Translations under genes and position numbers: made by a program
NCBI GenBank assembly: GCA_963664395.2
Contig: OY761159.2
Coordinates: 1,280,001-1,344,000 of the forward strand
Direction of reading: 5' to 3'
Length of the DNA: 64,000 nucleotides
DNA from: Candidatus Binatia bacterium
GTDB lineage: Bacteria > Desulfobacterota > Binatia > Bin18
Shown: positions 9,486-19,393 of the stretch, one piece after another
Position numbering within the stretch: the stretch's first letter is position 1
Layout of the letters: the number at the start of each line of letters is the position of its first letter
Notes under the pieces: generated by a model
Databases searched by the model: none
Seen by the model: the letters and a program-made list of their open reading frames with translations, nothing else
Told to the model about the DNA's origin: nothing

Positions 9486-9896
9486 CTATTCGGCGCCGAG
9501 GGCATCGAGCGCCGCGCGGGCGCATTCGATGTCTTCATCTTCCGTTCCGCCGCTGGCTCCAACGCCGCCGAGAAATTCGCCATTCACCGCGAGCGGCAAA
9601 CCACCGCCGGCCAAGAGCAACGGCCGGCCGATAATCCCGGCCACACTCGTGAACAACTGCGAGCGAGATTCCGCCAGTTCGGCCACCTCGCGCGAGGTGC
9701 GACGAAAAGTCGCTGCGGTAAACGCCTTGCTCTGGGCCACCCCGGTTGTCAGCCAGCGGGCGTTATCCATACGGGCCAGGGCGACCAGATTCCCGGCCGA
9801 GTCTGTGACCGCAAAGCTCATATCCCAGCCTTTTTCCTGGGCCTTTTGTTTGGCGGCGGCGATAAATTGTTCTGCCAGCGCTAATGTGAGTGACAT
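9486..9896 (-). CDS. GlcG/HbpS-family heme-binding protein (cytoplasmic)
   Basis: AVTDSAGNLVALARMD, KAFTA, GGGLP..NGEFLGGVGASGG..ED. Confidence 0.9.
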   Translation of the reverse strand: MSLTLALAEQFIAAAKQKAQEKGWDMSFAVTDSAGNLVALARMDNARWLTTGVAQSKAFTAATFRRTSREVAELAESRSQLFTSVAGIIGRPLLLAGGGLPLAVNGEFLGGVGASGGTEDEDIECARAALDALGAE

Positions 9897-9929
9897 AGTC
9901 TTCCTTTCTTTTTTGCTGAGTGGACTCTT

Positions 9930-10895
9930 TTATGGTGTCAGTACCAGCTTGCCGAAAACTTTACTCGCAAGCAGGTCATTCAGGGCTTGAGCCGCCTCAG
10001 CCAACGGATACGTCTTACTCACCAAGGCTTTGAGTGTTCCAGCGGCAAACAGCGGGGTGAGCGTGGCCGCCATCTCCGGGATGACCTGGTCAGCATTAAT
10101 GAGGCTCATGCCATAGAAGGTGATATCTTTGATGAGGGCCGGCAGCACGCCGAACGTCGCGTCCGGAGCCTTGCCGGTGCCCGTGCCGATTAAGACAATG
10201 CGGCCGGACTTGGCAACGGCCGAGCAGTCGGCAGCCAAGTTATCTGTGGCGACATTCTCAATGATGACATCCACTCCCTTGCCCTGGGTCAGCTTGAGAA
10301 CCTCTGCCGCAAAATCCTGCTGTTTATAATTCAGCGCGACCTCAGCACCCAGTGCGCGTGTCCGGTCTGCTTTTTCCTGTGACCCAACGGTCGTAATCAC
10401 CCGAGCGCCCGCGGCTTTGGCCAGCTGGATAGCCGCGACGCCAACGCCACCGCCACCGGCAGAAATCAGGACCGTTTCTCCCGCCTGCACCCCTGCTTTA
10501 TGATGCAAGGCATAATAGGCCGTATAAAACGGTATCGGGATCGCCGCCCCCTCAGCAAAAGAGAGCGCGGACGGCAGGGGTATTGCCTCGCGGGCGAGCA
10601 GACACGCCTTTTCCGCATAGCCGGCACTGATCGCGCGGCCAAATACACGGTCGCCGACCTGAACCTGCGTAACCCCCGGACTCACGGCTTCGACCTCACC
10701 AGACACGTCCGTACCAGTGATATAGGGAAGTTTCAGCGGGGCAAGCTTGCCGGACAGCCGGACTAAATCGGCGGGGTTGATACCAATCGCCCGGACTCGA
10801 ATGAGGACCTGGGCCTCCCCCAACTCGGGGTCGGGGGCATCCTCATAGCGGAGTTGCTCCGGTCCTCCAGGTTGATGCGCTCGCATTGCCTTCAT
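9930..10895 (-). CDS. NADPH:quinone reductase (zeta-crystallin, MDR family)
   Basis: GINPAD, GTDVSG, AGGGGVG, GKLVL; RBS AGGAG. Confidence 0.9.
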   Translation of the reverse strand: MKAMRAHQPGGPEQLRYEDAPDPELGEAQVLIRVRAIGINPADLVRLSGKLAPLKLPYITGTDVSGEVEAVSPGVTQVQVGDRVFGRAISAGYAEKACLLAREAIPLPSALSFAEGAAIPIPFYTAYYALHHKAGVQAGETVLISAGGGGVGVAAIQLAKAAGARVITTVGSQEKADRTRALGAEVALNYKQQDFAAEVLKLTQGKGVDVIIENVATDNLAADCSAVAKSGRIVLIGTGTGKAPDATFGVLPALIKDITFYGMSLINADQVIPEMAATLTPLFAAGTLKALVSKTYPLAEAAQALNDLLASKVFGKLVLTP

Positions 10896-10911
10896 AGCCC
10901 ACCTTCTCCTG

Positions 10912-11820
10912 TTAGCGCTGATGGTAGAGCGGATGGCCGGTGTAGGGCGTCTTGACGCAACTGAAGTGATCGCCTTCGAGATTGGCGATATACAGCGTCT
11001 GCAAGTCCGGCCCACCAAAGGCACAGTTGGTCGGGAAGTTGAGCTTCTTGCCTTCAGCCGAATCATCGATCAGCATGCTCCAGTTGCCGTTGGTATCAAC
11101 GGCGATGACCTGATGGGCCGGCACCATCTCCCCGCCCGTCACCACCGCCGGCAGCGTGACGTACATATTACCGTCTACGTCAAAAGCCATGCCATCCGGC
11201 AGGGCCGGAAAATCCTTGGAATATATCTCGGGCTTCCCAAACGTGCCATCTTTCTTGATCTGAATGCGCAGACAGTCGTTCCGGGTGCTTTCCAGCAGGT
11301 AGACCGCGTCTTCTTTCGGGTCGATCGCGGTGCCGTTGGCCAGATAAATACCCTCGGCCACGATTTCACTCTTCCCGTTCGGGCGGATGACGACCAGCGC
11401 CCCTTTGGCTGAGGGGGTAGCCAACTCGGCCAGGACATTCTCAATACTCGACGTACTCGAATTCGAGACGTAGAGATTGCCCTCGGCATCATAGCTGGCA
11501 AAATTCGGGAGGGTCAGTTTGAGTGCGCCAACCTGGTCGGCAATCAGCGACACTGCTCCGCTCTGGGTCACGCGCATCATGGCCTGCTTGCCCAGATCGC
11601 AGTAGACCAGATCGCCATTGCGGTCCATGGTCACCCCATTGGGGATAGAACCCTCGGGCAGGGTGACTAATTCACTCACGGTGCCATCGGGTGTGACCTT
11701 ATACATAATGCCGTTCCGGCCACCGCCAAAGACGTTGCCCTCTTTATCAACAACTACGCCCTCGGCCTGCAATACGCCCTTGCCAAAAATATCAACCTGA
11801 TCAACTGAAAATGTTGCCAT
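10912..11820 (-). CDS. SMP-30/gluconolactonase family protein
   Basis: EGVVVD, PNG, PDGMAFDVDGN, PTNCAFGG. Confidence 0.9.
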   Translation of the reverse strand: MATFSVDQVDIFGKGVLQAEGVVVDKEGNVFGGGRNGIMYKVTPDGTVSELVTLPEGSIPNGVTMDRNGDLVYCDLGKQAMMRVTQSGAVSLIADQVGALKLTLPNFASYDAEGNLYVSNSSTSSIENVLAELATPSAKGALVVIRPNGKSEIVAEGIYLANGTAIDPKEDAVYLLESTRNDCLRIQIKKDGTFGKPEIYSKDFPALPDGMAFDVDGNMYVTLPAVVTGGEMVPAHQVIAVDTNGNWSMLIDDSAEGKKLNFPTNCAFGGPDLQTLYIANLEGDHFSCVKTPYTGHPLYHQR

Positions 11821-11849
11821 GGAAGGTCCTCCTTTTTCTCGGTCGAGAC

Positions 11850-12320
11850 CTACGCCTCGACGCTGGCCGCCTCAGCCGTCTCGCTCTGTTTCGTAAACGT
11901 CACCTTGCCAACTTCCGAGCCGCTCAAGACAACCAGAAGATTCGCTTCCTGGTCACCTATATTCCGAAACCCTTCGGATGTTCCGGCCGGAAAGGAAATC
12001 GTATCCCACGGTCCGAGGACGACCTCATTTTCGCCCTTGTCTCCCCAGAAAAAGGCGCAGGTGCCGGACAGCACCACAAACACCTCGGGCTTCGGATGAC
12101 TATGCAACGGGGCTCCTTTTCCCGGACTGACCTTATTGATGGCCATGGTAAAGCCGTGGTCACCCTTGATCGCCGGACTGGTCTTTCCCGCCCGACCAAT
12201 CAACGCATAGCCCTGGGTGCCGTCAGGTTTGTAGTTCTTGATAAAGCTCGCGTAGTCAATCGGTTTGAGGTCTTCAAACCGTGCAACGCTGGTCTGCATA
12301 CCTTCTTTTCCGTATGCCAT
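11850..12320 (-). CDS. Cupin-domain protein
   Basis: GAPLHSHPKPEVFVVLSG; LGPWDTISFPAG; RBS AGGAGG. Confidence 0.85.
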   Translation of the reverse strand: MAYGKEGMQTSVARFEDLKPIDYASFIKNYKPDGTQGYALIGRAGKTSPAIKGDHGFTMAINKVSPGKGAPLHSHPKPEVFVVLSGTCAFFWGDKGENEVVLGPWDTISFPAGTSEGFRNIGDQEANLLVVLSGSEVGKVTFTKQSETAEAASVEA

Positions 12321-12349
12321 AGTCCCTCCTGTGGTAGTTTGCAATGTAT

Positions 12350-13513
12350 CTAAATCACCCCGGCTTCCTTCCACCCTTCTATATCTGCTTCACTATGCCC
12401 CAGCCAGTCTCGATAGACCTCATGGTTATGTTCGCCCGGTTGTGGAATCGGACCAATTTTTCCTGGTGTATCGGAGAACTTGACGGTGAGACCAGGAACA
12501 TACGTGTGCCCTTTTTCTTTATCCTCAATTTCGACCAGCATCTCGCGTTCCCATAAGTGTGGATCTCGGGCCGCTTGCGGCACGGAGTGCACCGGCCCAA
12601 CCGGCACCTCAGCCTGTTCCAGTATCTGCACCACCTCAGCCACCGTCTTATCTTTAATCCAATCAGTCACCAAGGCGTTGACCTCGTCCGCATGAGACGC
12701 CCGGCCTGGAATGCTCGAAAAACGTTCGTCATGTATTAAATCTTCCCGACTTATACCTTTACAGAACCGCCCCCACATATGTTGCGGCACGGCCAGAATA
12801 TACACCCAGCCGTCTTTCGCCTGGTAGGTGTTACACGGGGCAATACCGCCGGGGGTATTGCCCCGTCGCTGCGGTTCCTTGCCAGTAAGAAGGTATTGGG
12901 CAATCGGAATTTCCATCAGCGTGTAGCCGGTGTCGAGCAGACACACGTCAAGGGACTGTCCCTCTCCGGTGACATCTCGACGGTGGAGGGCACCCAACGC
13001 CCCAATAGTGGCATGCAGCGCCGTGATCCGATCAATGATAGGCGAATTGGTCATGATCGGCGGACCATCCGGAAATCCGGTGTGGCCCATGAGACCGGAC
13101 ATGGCTTGGCCAATCGGATCGTAGGCTGGCCGGTCCCGGTACGGCCCCACCTGCCCAAAACCAGACACGTTAATGAGAATAAGCCCAGGGTTGAGCTGTT
13201 TGAGTGTCTCATACCCCAGGCCCATCTTATCCATGACACCAGGCCGAAAGTTCTGGAGCAGCATATCGACTTTGGGCACGAGTGATTTGAGGAGAGAAAT
13301 GCCCTGCCCGCTCCGCAGATTCAGCGTAATACTCTTCTTCCCTCGGTTGTACGCCGACCAGTATACGCTGCCTAAGCCGCGCGACTCATCCCCACCCGGC
13401 GCTTCGACTTTAATAACCTCCGCACCAAGATCGCTGAGAACCATCGCACAGCGTGGACCGGCCTGATAGCGTCCGAGATCAAGGACTTTGATGCCGTCGA
13501 TACAACCAGTCAT
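12350..13513 (-). CDS. CaiB/BaiF class III CoA-transferase
   Basis: DLGAEVIKVE, NRGKKS, NFRPG, SGFGQVGP. Confidence 0.95.
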   Translation of the reverse strand: MTGCIDGIKVLDLGRYQAGPRCAMVLSDLGAEVIKVEAPGGDESRGLGSVYWSAYNRGKKSITLNLRSGQGISLLKSLVPKVDMLLQNFRPGVMDKMGLGYETLKQLNPGLILINVSGFGQVGPYRDRPAYDPIGQAMSGLMGHTGFPDGPPIMTNSPIIDRITALHATIGALGALHRRDVTGEGQSLDVCLLDTGYTLMEIPIAQYLLTGKEPQRRGNTPGGIAPCNTYQAKDGWVYILAVPQHMWGRFCKGISREDLIHDERFSSIPGRASHADEVNALVTDWIKDKTVAEVVQILEQAEVPVGPVHSVPQAARDPHLWEREMLVEIEDKEKGHTYVPGLTVKFSDTPGKIGPIPQPGEHNHEVYRDWLGHSEADIEGWKEAGVI

Positions 13514-13565
13514 ATCCGTCCATCCTTTTAGCCCTCAAGTCCATACAACCGAGCCGCCTGAGAGG

Positions 13566-13607
13566 AAAAAAAACGGGGAACCGGAGAGCGATTCTCCGGT
13601 TCCCCGT
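13566..13607 (-). terminator. Rho-independent terminator
   Basis: Stem CGGGGAACCGGAGA/TCTCCGGTTCCCCG followed by U8 on the minus strand. Confidence 0.9.
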
Positions 13608-13650
13608 CTGGTTGGTTACGATTCGTGGTGGAACGCGCTAAGCGGGTTGC

Positions 13651-15393
13651 CTAGCGGGCCGCACCGTTGCGGAGTAGCGCGCCCGAGATATTCCCAGTGC
13701 ATTCACCATTCCGGAAAGTCTCTTCACCGTTGACCAGGATGTTCTTATAGCCTTCGGCTTTTTGGACCCGCCGCCATTCGTTAGCCGGCAGATCGTGCGC
13801 AATCTCGCCCGGCAGAGCCTTAACGGTATCGGCGTTGTAGACCACGATGTCGGCCGCTTGGCCTACACGTAGCGTCCCTCGATCCGTGATACCCGCCGCC
13901 CAGGCCATAATCCCACTCAGGCGGAAGTGGGCTTCTTCCAGGCTCAGGATGCCCTGCTCCCGCACCAGCCAGGACAGGACTTCGGTCGGGTAGATGGCAG
14001 GCGTAATGAACTTCACGTGCGCGCCGCCATCCGACACGCCGGGCAGCGTGTACGGCGAGCTCATCAGCTCCTTGTAGCCCTCGATGTTGGAATTGGCCAC
14101 CGGACCGGCCCACTCGGTGCGCAGATCATCGGCCACGGACAGGTCGAGCATAGCGTCGATGACATGCTTGCCTTCCTTTTCGGCAATTTGCTCCACCGAC
14201 ATACCTTCGTATTGGAGTTTGAGGTCGGTATTGCGAACCTTGCGCGCGATGAACTTGTGGAACTCACCAAAGATGACATTCATAGTGTCCATGCCGCCAA
14301 TGTCGTAGTCCTCGCGCATTTCCTTGCGCAGCTCAGGCTTCGACAGTTTGGCTTTGCGCTCTTCGACCGTTCCGAGCGTGGCTTCCTTCCAGGCCGGCAT
14401 ACCATCAAACAGGTTCCAGTCTTCCAGGGTCATCCGCACTGGGGCCCGAGCGGTGACGCCCTGTCCGAACACGCGAGCGCCGCGTTCGTTCGCCGCATTG
14501 ACCCAATTCAGCTGGGCCCGGTGGGATTCAGGATGCTTGTCACTGATTAAGAGCGCGTTGTACAGCAGCGGACGGCCGGCTGTCTTGGTCATCTTTTCCA
14601 GGAATTTGAAATCATCCTCAACACCAAAAGAACTTTCACTTGCACCGGACTGGGTAAACTGAATACAGCCCTCACCCACTTCGCTCATGGCTTTGGCCAT
14701 ATCCATATAGAACTCATCCGGCAGGATGTCGGTGATCATCGGCGTGCCATCATAGTCGCGCTGCACAGACACCCGGCTCTCGGGCACCAGACGCTGGGCG
14801 GACCAACCCGCGGCGCCAGCCTTCACGGCTTCCTTGTACAGGCCGGTAATGGTGTCCATCTCTTCTTTATTTGGGAAGCGCTTCTTGGCATCATCAAAGC
14901 CACCCATCACATACGCCACTGCAGGGGCAAGCGGGAAGAGATGAGAAACGTTGACGCCCAAGGGCATACGGGACAGACGATCCATGTATTGGGGGAAGGT
15001 TTCCCAGTCAACCTTCATCGACACCCGCATGGGCTCCAGGGGAATCGCTTCGGTACGGGACAAGGCCAGCATGGCCCGGTCGGCGTCTTGCGGTCGCAGC
15101 GGAGCAAAACCAAACCCGCAGTTTCCAATGGTGACGGTGGTCACACCGTGCCAACTGCCAATCGTGCAGTACGGGTCCCAGTGCAACTGGGCATCGTAGT
15201 GGGTGTGCAGATCAATGAACCCAGGCGCGACGATATGCCCGCTGGCATCAACCTCTTTTTTGGCATCGCTGCTGCTGATTTTCCCGATCTCAGCAACTTT
15301 ACCGTCCTTAATACCAAGGTCGGCTTGGTAGCGTGGTACCTTCGTTCCGTCAACGATCATACCGCCTTTGATAACTGTATCAAACTGTGGCAT
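13651..15393 (-). CDS. N-acyl-D-amino-acid deacylase-like amidohydrolase (paralog 1)
   Basis: PGFIDLHTHYDAQ, GNCGFG, SDGGAH, DRGTL. Confidence 0.9.
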   Translation of the reverse strand: MPQFDTVIKGGMIVDGTKVPRYQADLGIKDGKVAEIGKISSSDAKKEVDASGHIVAPGFIDLHTHYDAQLHWDPYCTIGSWHGVTTVTIGNCGFGFAPLRPQDADRAMLALSRTEAIPLEPMRVSMKVDWETFPQYMDRLSRMPLGVNVSHLFPLAPAVAYVMGGFDDAKKRFPNKEEMDTITGLYKEAVKAGAAGWSAQRLVPESRVSVQRDYDGTPMITDILPDEFYMDMAKAMSEVGEGCIQFTQSGASESSFGVEDDFKFLEKMTKTAGRPLLYNALLISDKHPESHRAQLNWVNAANERGARVFGQGVTARAPVRMTLEDWNLFDGMPAWKEATLGTVEERKAKLSKPELRKEMREDYDIGGMDTMNVIFGEFHKFIARKVRNTDLKLQYEGMSVEQIAEKEGKHVIDAMLDLSVADDLRTEWAGPVANSNIEGYKELMSSPYTLPGVSDGGAHVKFITPAIYPTEVLSWLVREQGILSLEEAHFRLSGIMAWAAGITDRGTLRVGQAADIVVYNADTVKALPGEIAHDLPANEWRRVQKAEGYKNILVNGEETFRNGECTGNISGALLRNGAAR

Positions 15394-15464
15394 ACTCCCC
15401 CCCTTTTATAGTTTTATGGGCATTCTATCGTCGGCATACTCTCGGAGTAATCTGCTGTCAACCT

Positions 15465-15800
15465 TCAGGCAGAAAAAACAATGCTCTTGAATGCTCTTGT
15501 CTGTGGGAAACCTCTCCCGTGCCCATCATAATGATAGCCCAGACGTGCGGCGCGCTCGACCGCTTTCTTGACACGGGCACCGATCCAAATCGGCGGGTGC
15601 GGCTGCTGGACGGGGCGTGGCGTGAGACGGGCCTTTTTGAGATGATAATAGTTGCCCTCAAAAGAAAATGCCTCGTTTGTCCAGAGTCCCTGCAGAACAG
15701 CGAGGTCTTCTTCCAGACGCGCATCGCGCTGCTCACGGGGAAAGCCGAAGGCAGTAAATTCTTTAGTGCGATAGCCTTTGCCCACACCAAGATCGAAGTG
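15465..15800 (-). pseudogene. Internal fragment of an LLM-class flavin-dependent oxidoreductase
   Basis: FDLGVGKGYR..EF..FG...RLEE...PRPVQQPHPPIWIG...AVERAARLG; N- and C-terminal parts missing. Confidence 0.85.
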
Positions 15801-15884
15801 GATAATACTGCTGAAAGAGACTCACCGCATTCTGATCACATTGTCACGCGGGCGATCGGCCCAGCCCGCGCCGAGGAGGCTCCC

Positions 15885-16608
15885 ATCGCCACGATCGAGA
15901 TTATTGGCCCCACGGTGTCACCGTTCGTCGTCAAGATTCTTGCAGCCGCCGACTACAAGCGGCTCTCATACACACACACGGAGCAGGTGAGTATACGGGA
16001 GCTGAAGAAGTACAATCCGGCTACCAGGAAGGTACCGATAGTCCTTTTCGATGGAGAGGCGGTCTACGACTCGACTGTGATCCTGCGGCGCTTCGACCAA
16101 GTGCACCCCACTGCAGCCCTCTTGTCCGAAGATGCACATAGCGCAGCAGCGGATGCTCGAAGACTGGAGCGACGAGTCGCTCTATTGGTATATGATGGCG
16201 CTGCGCTGGCATCCGAAGAACGAGCACCGCACGATTGCGCAGAATTCCCAGTTCGTGCCGGCCCCGGTCCGTCTGTTCGCGAAGCCACTCCTGCGTCGTT
16301 TGGTCGGGAACCTGGCCAAGGCCCAGGGAATGGGCCGCCTGCCCTACGACCTGTTGATCGCGGCGTTGGGGAATCGGCTCGATGATCTGGTGCGACTACT
16401 CGGGAAGCAGCCCTTCTTCTACTCGGATCGACCCAGCGTGGCGGATTTCGCGATCTACGGCCAATTCGCTACCGGCTGTACGGGCGGGGTGACGCCGGAC
16501 TTCGCCGAGCAAGTCTCCCAACGCGCGGCGCTGGTCGATTGGCGCAAGCGCGTGGAGGAAGCAATCGTCCTGAAAGAGCCGATGGAGAAGCCTTTGAAGT
16601 ATTCGTAA
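15885..16608 (+). pseudogene. Glutathione S-transferase family gene with lost start codon (ATC) and frameshift near 16138
   Basis: RBS GAGGAGG followed by ATC. SPFVVK, NP..KVP, YDSTVI in one frame; LEDWSDE, PSVADFAIYGQ in another. Confidence 0.8.
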
Positions 16609-16787
16609 AAGAGTTGCTCTTTATCAAATGTAACGTACGATTTTCCCATATCTGTTTCTCAAGTTCTGAACGAGTTACGTTTTGTATCACCGAGTTGAGG
16701 GGCGCTTGATAATGACCGACCGAAGCGGTGGCGAAGGGAAAGCCAGCGTCAACGCGCCCGTGCCCGTTTCACTTTCTTCCGGGGGCC

Positions 16788-16961
16788 TCACCCGCTGCAC
16801 CGCCTTATCCGAGTGTATTCACCGCAGATGGAAACGTGTTGATCCCCAGCGATTCCCGAAAATCCGCGGTGGGTTTCACGATCAACGACAACGCCTTCCG
16901 GACCTTTGGGTCCAATAGCAGCCGTTTCCACTTGGTCCGGACTGAGCTGTTGGTAGGCCAT
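16788..16961 (-). pseudogene. 5' stub of an SMP-30/gluconolactonase paralog (57 aa ORF)
   Basis: RBS CAGGAGG; MAYQQLSPDQVETAAIGPKGPEGVVVDRE resembles MATFSVDQVDIFGKGVLQAEGVVVDKE of 10912-11820. Confidence 0.65.
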
Positions 16962-16993
16962 GGTGTACCTCCTGAGGGATGTAACAGGGGTTG

Positions 16994-17479
16994 CTATCTC
17001 CCCATTTTGAGCCGGTTCTCTTGCGCCCAGCCCTCTTTGAAAGGAACGGTAAAATACGGGGTGAGCGACATCTTCTTAAACTTCCACTCGCCGTTCTGTC
17101 TGACATACTCGTCGTCATAGCGAGCGGCCACGAAATACGCCTCCCCTTTTGAGATGGTCTTTGCTTCGAGGTAGGCATAGCCCTTGCCCGTATCCCCCTG
17201 CACATCAACCGCGTGGTTATGCATAAACTGTTTCACAAAAGACAGCAGGCTTTCGACTCCTTGAAAAAACTTTGTCAGCTCGGCCCGACCGGTAGCTTTG
17301 CCCAGATAGTCAAAATCGAGGACAGCATCCTCAGTGAACAGATCGGGAATAGCTTCCAATTCCCCCTCGTTGATGCACTCGTGATAACGAAACCGTAGCG
17401 AGCGAATAGCTTCGCGGTCACTCAAATCCTGAATCTTTGCTTCCAGGGCCTGCAAACGGGCTTCCATATCCTGAGACAT
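16994..17479 (-). CDS. NTF2/SnoaL-like protein
   Basis: DREAIRSLRFRY, LFTEDA, HNHAVDV, RYDDEYVRQNGEWKF. Confidence 0.9.
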   Translation of the reverse strand: MSQDMEARLQALEAKIQDLSDREAIRSLRFRYHECINEGELEAIPDLFTEDAVLDFDYLGKATGRAELTKFFQGVESLLSFVKQFMHNHAVDVQGDTGKGYAYLEAKTISKGEAYFVAARYDDEYVRQNGEWKFKKMSLTPYFTVPFKEGWAQENRLKMGR

Positions 17480-17498
17480 TGTTTCCTCCCTTTTAGCT

Positions 17499-18596
17499 TT
17501 ATTCTTTCGGTTCCAAACCTTCAAACCACGGCAGCACCAGGGTTTCATTGATGGTGTAGGTCAAAGCGTGGCTCCAGTCGGGCAGCTCGGTGTACTTCAC
17601 CTTATAGCCGATGTGTTCGAGCAGTTCATTCGATGAGCGAACGGCTTCGACCGGAAAAATGAAGTCATGCACGCCGTGAATCACATGGATCGGCACATTG
17701 AGGCCTTGCTTTTGGCGCAGCATCCCATCCGTGGCGGGGCTCAGTTCGCCCGCAATGGGCGCCAACCCGGCAAAGAGTTCAGCCTGGTCCAGTCCCAGCA
17801 AATACGTGTAGGTCCCACCATCAGACAGACCGGACAGATACACCCGCGACCGATCAACGCGATAGGTCTCACACACGCTGTCAAACATGGCCCGGATTGA
17901 CCGGCTATCAACCGGCGGTTGCAGGACGGACCACGTCGGACCCAAGGACTTTGGCGACAGCAGCAGATAGCCCTTGCTCTTGGCCGGCCGCAGCCACGTC
18001 CAGATGTAGTCATCACCCCGGCCATACCCACCGTGGAGACAGACGATGAGCGGCCAGTCTTTGTCAGGGCTATAGTATTCCGGGACATATAATGAGTACT
18101 CGGCGTGTGCCTGAGTCTGTTGCTGATGGAGCATACCGACCGGTACCGCCACACCGTCAGCCCGCGTCTCCAAGGCGTCGCGCTGGGACACAGCCTCCGG
18201 CAGCAGCCAGTATTGGGAGAGCGTCGGGAGATGCGCGCGTTGGTTGTATAACAGATCCAGTCCTCGACACAGCGAGAAACGGCTATTGACAAACGCGCCA
18301 CCGAAATTTGGTCCGGGCAGCCCTCCAAGAAAAGCTGTGCTGGAATTGTTGAGATGCGTCAGCGCGGCAGAGAATGCAGCCTGAAACCCGGTGAGTTCTT
18401 CGGGCGGTTCGAGTGCAACACATGTGGACAGGGCCGTTTCAAAAAAATCACCAATAGTGTCTCGCAGCCGTCCTTGCGCCTCTGGAATCTTCCCAAAGTG
18501 CAGATTCTCCTGAATGTCTTCAAACGTCCGTAAAAAGAGCAGGATCTTTTCTTCCAGCGGCCGAATAGCCGCCTGATAGTCTGCCTTACTCGTCAT
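17499..18596 (-). CDS. Phospholipase/carboxylesterase (alpha/beta hydrolase) with helical N-terminal domain
   Basis: LIVCLHGG, GLSDGG nucleophile, HGVHDFIFP, C-terminal His. Confidence 0.85.
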   Translation of the reverse strand: MTSKADYQAAIRPLEEKILLFLRTFEDIQENLHFGKIPEAQGRLRDTIGDFFETALSTCVALEPPEELTGFQAAFSAALTHLNNSSTAFLGGLPGPNFGGAFVNSRFSLCRGLDLLYNQRAHLPTLSQYWLLPEAVSQRDALETRADGVAVPVGMLHQQQTQAHAEYSLYVPEYYSPDKDWPLIVCLHGGYGRGDDYIWTWLRPAKSKGYLLLSPKSLGPTWSVLQPPVDSRSIRAMFDSVCETYRVDRSRVYLSGLSDGGTYTYLLGLDQAELFAGLAPIAGELSPATDGMLRQKQGLNVPIHVIHGVHDFIFPVEAVRSSNELLEHIGYKVKYTELPDWSHALTYTINETLVLPWFEGLEPKE

Positions 18597-18727
18597 GCTT
18601 CCCCCGGCTCCGCTTCGACTCTCTCTATCTCTTAATCTCTGGCCTTCTCTCCTCTGTACAATCCTTTGCATCTGCTTGCAAATTGACCTATTCTCCTCAG
18701 GAGTTAGCTGTACACAAGGAGGGGATT

Positions 18728-19354
18728 ATGAGCACAGCAACGGCCCAGAGTGTCCCGCAGAGTACGCATGAGTTAGCCGGGCGCTTTGGCGATCCGGATC
18801 AACTCGCCGTCAAGCATAAGCTGCCCTATATCGATGAGGCTGCCGCGCGGTTTCTTGAGCAATGTCCGTTTGTGATTGTCTCAACCGCAGACACTCAAGG
18901 GCGGTGCGACGCCTCACCCAAGGGCGATCCGCCGGGGTTTATCGTAGTCGCAGACAAACACACCCTCTACCTCCCGGACCGGGCCGGTAACAAAATGTTC
19001 CAGAGTATCAGCAATATTCTGGAGAACCCGCACGTCGGCCTACTCTTTCTCATTCCCGGCGAGGAATGGACCATGCGCATCAACGGCCGCGCCCGGATTG
19101 CCGACGAACCTCAGCTCTTGGAAAAACTCAGCGCCCGAGGACGTCCGGCTCAGCTTGCCATCGAAGTCAGCGTCGAAGAATGCTACTTCCACTGCCCCAA
19201 GTCGTTCAAACGCGCCGAGTTGTGGAATGCGGATAAATTTCACAGCTACCAAGGCGACTCGTGGGGCGCCATCCTGGCGCAACGGACAGAGATGGAAAAA
19301 AGAAAAGCCGCGGAATTGGATACTCTGATTGAAGAGTCGGTCAAGAATTTGTAG
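18728..19354 (+). CDS. Pyridoxamine 5'-phosphate oxidase-like FMN-binding protein (MSMEG_1061-like)
   Basis: CDASPKGDPPGF, PDRAGN, NPHVGLLFLIPG, YFHCPKS. Confidence 0.9.
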   Translation: MSTATAQSVPQSTHELAGRFGDPDQLAVKHKLPYIDEAAARFLEQCPFVIVSTADTQGRCDASPKGDPPGFIVVADKHTLYLPDRAGNKMFQSISNILENPHVGLLFLIPGEEWTMRINGRARIADEPQLLEKLSARGRPAQLAIEVSVEECYFHCPKSFKRAELWNADKFHSYQGDSWGAILAQRTEMEKRKAAELDTLIEESVKNL

Positions 19355-19393
19355 CGGCAATCGACCCGATTGCCCTGCTCTGGTGAGGAAAGC

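Noticed and set aside
15387-16385. 332-aa ORF as a real gene
   Set aside because: Chimera of antisense LLM fragment, GST N-terminus and out-of-frame GST C-terminus
16455-16690. Short ORFs in an AT-rich patch
   Set aside because: No recognisable motif or RBS; they overlap the GST pseudogene
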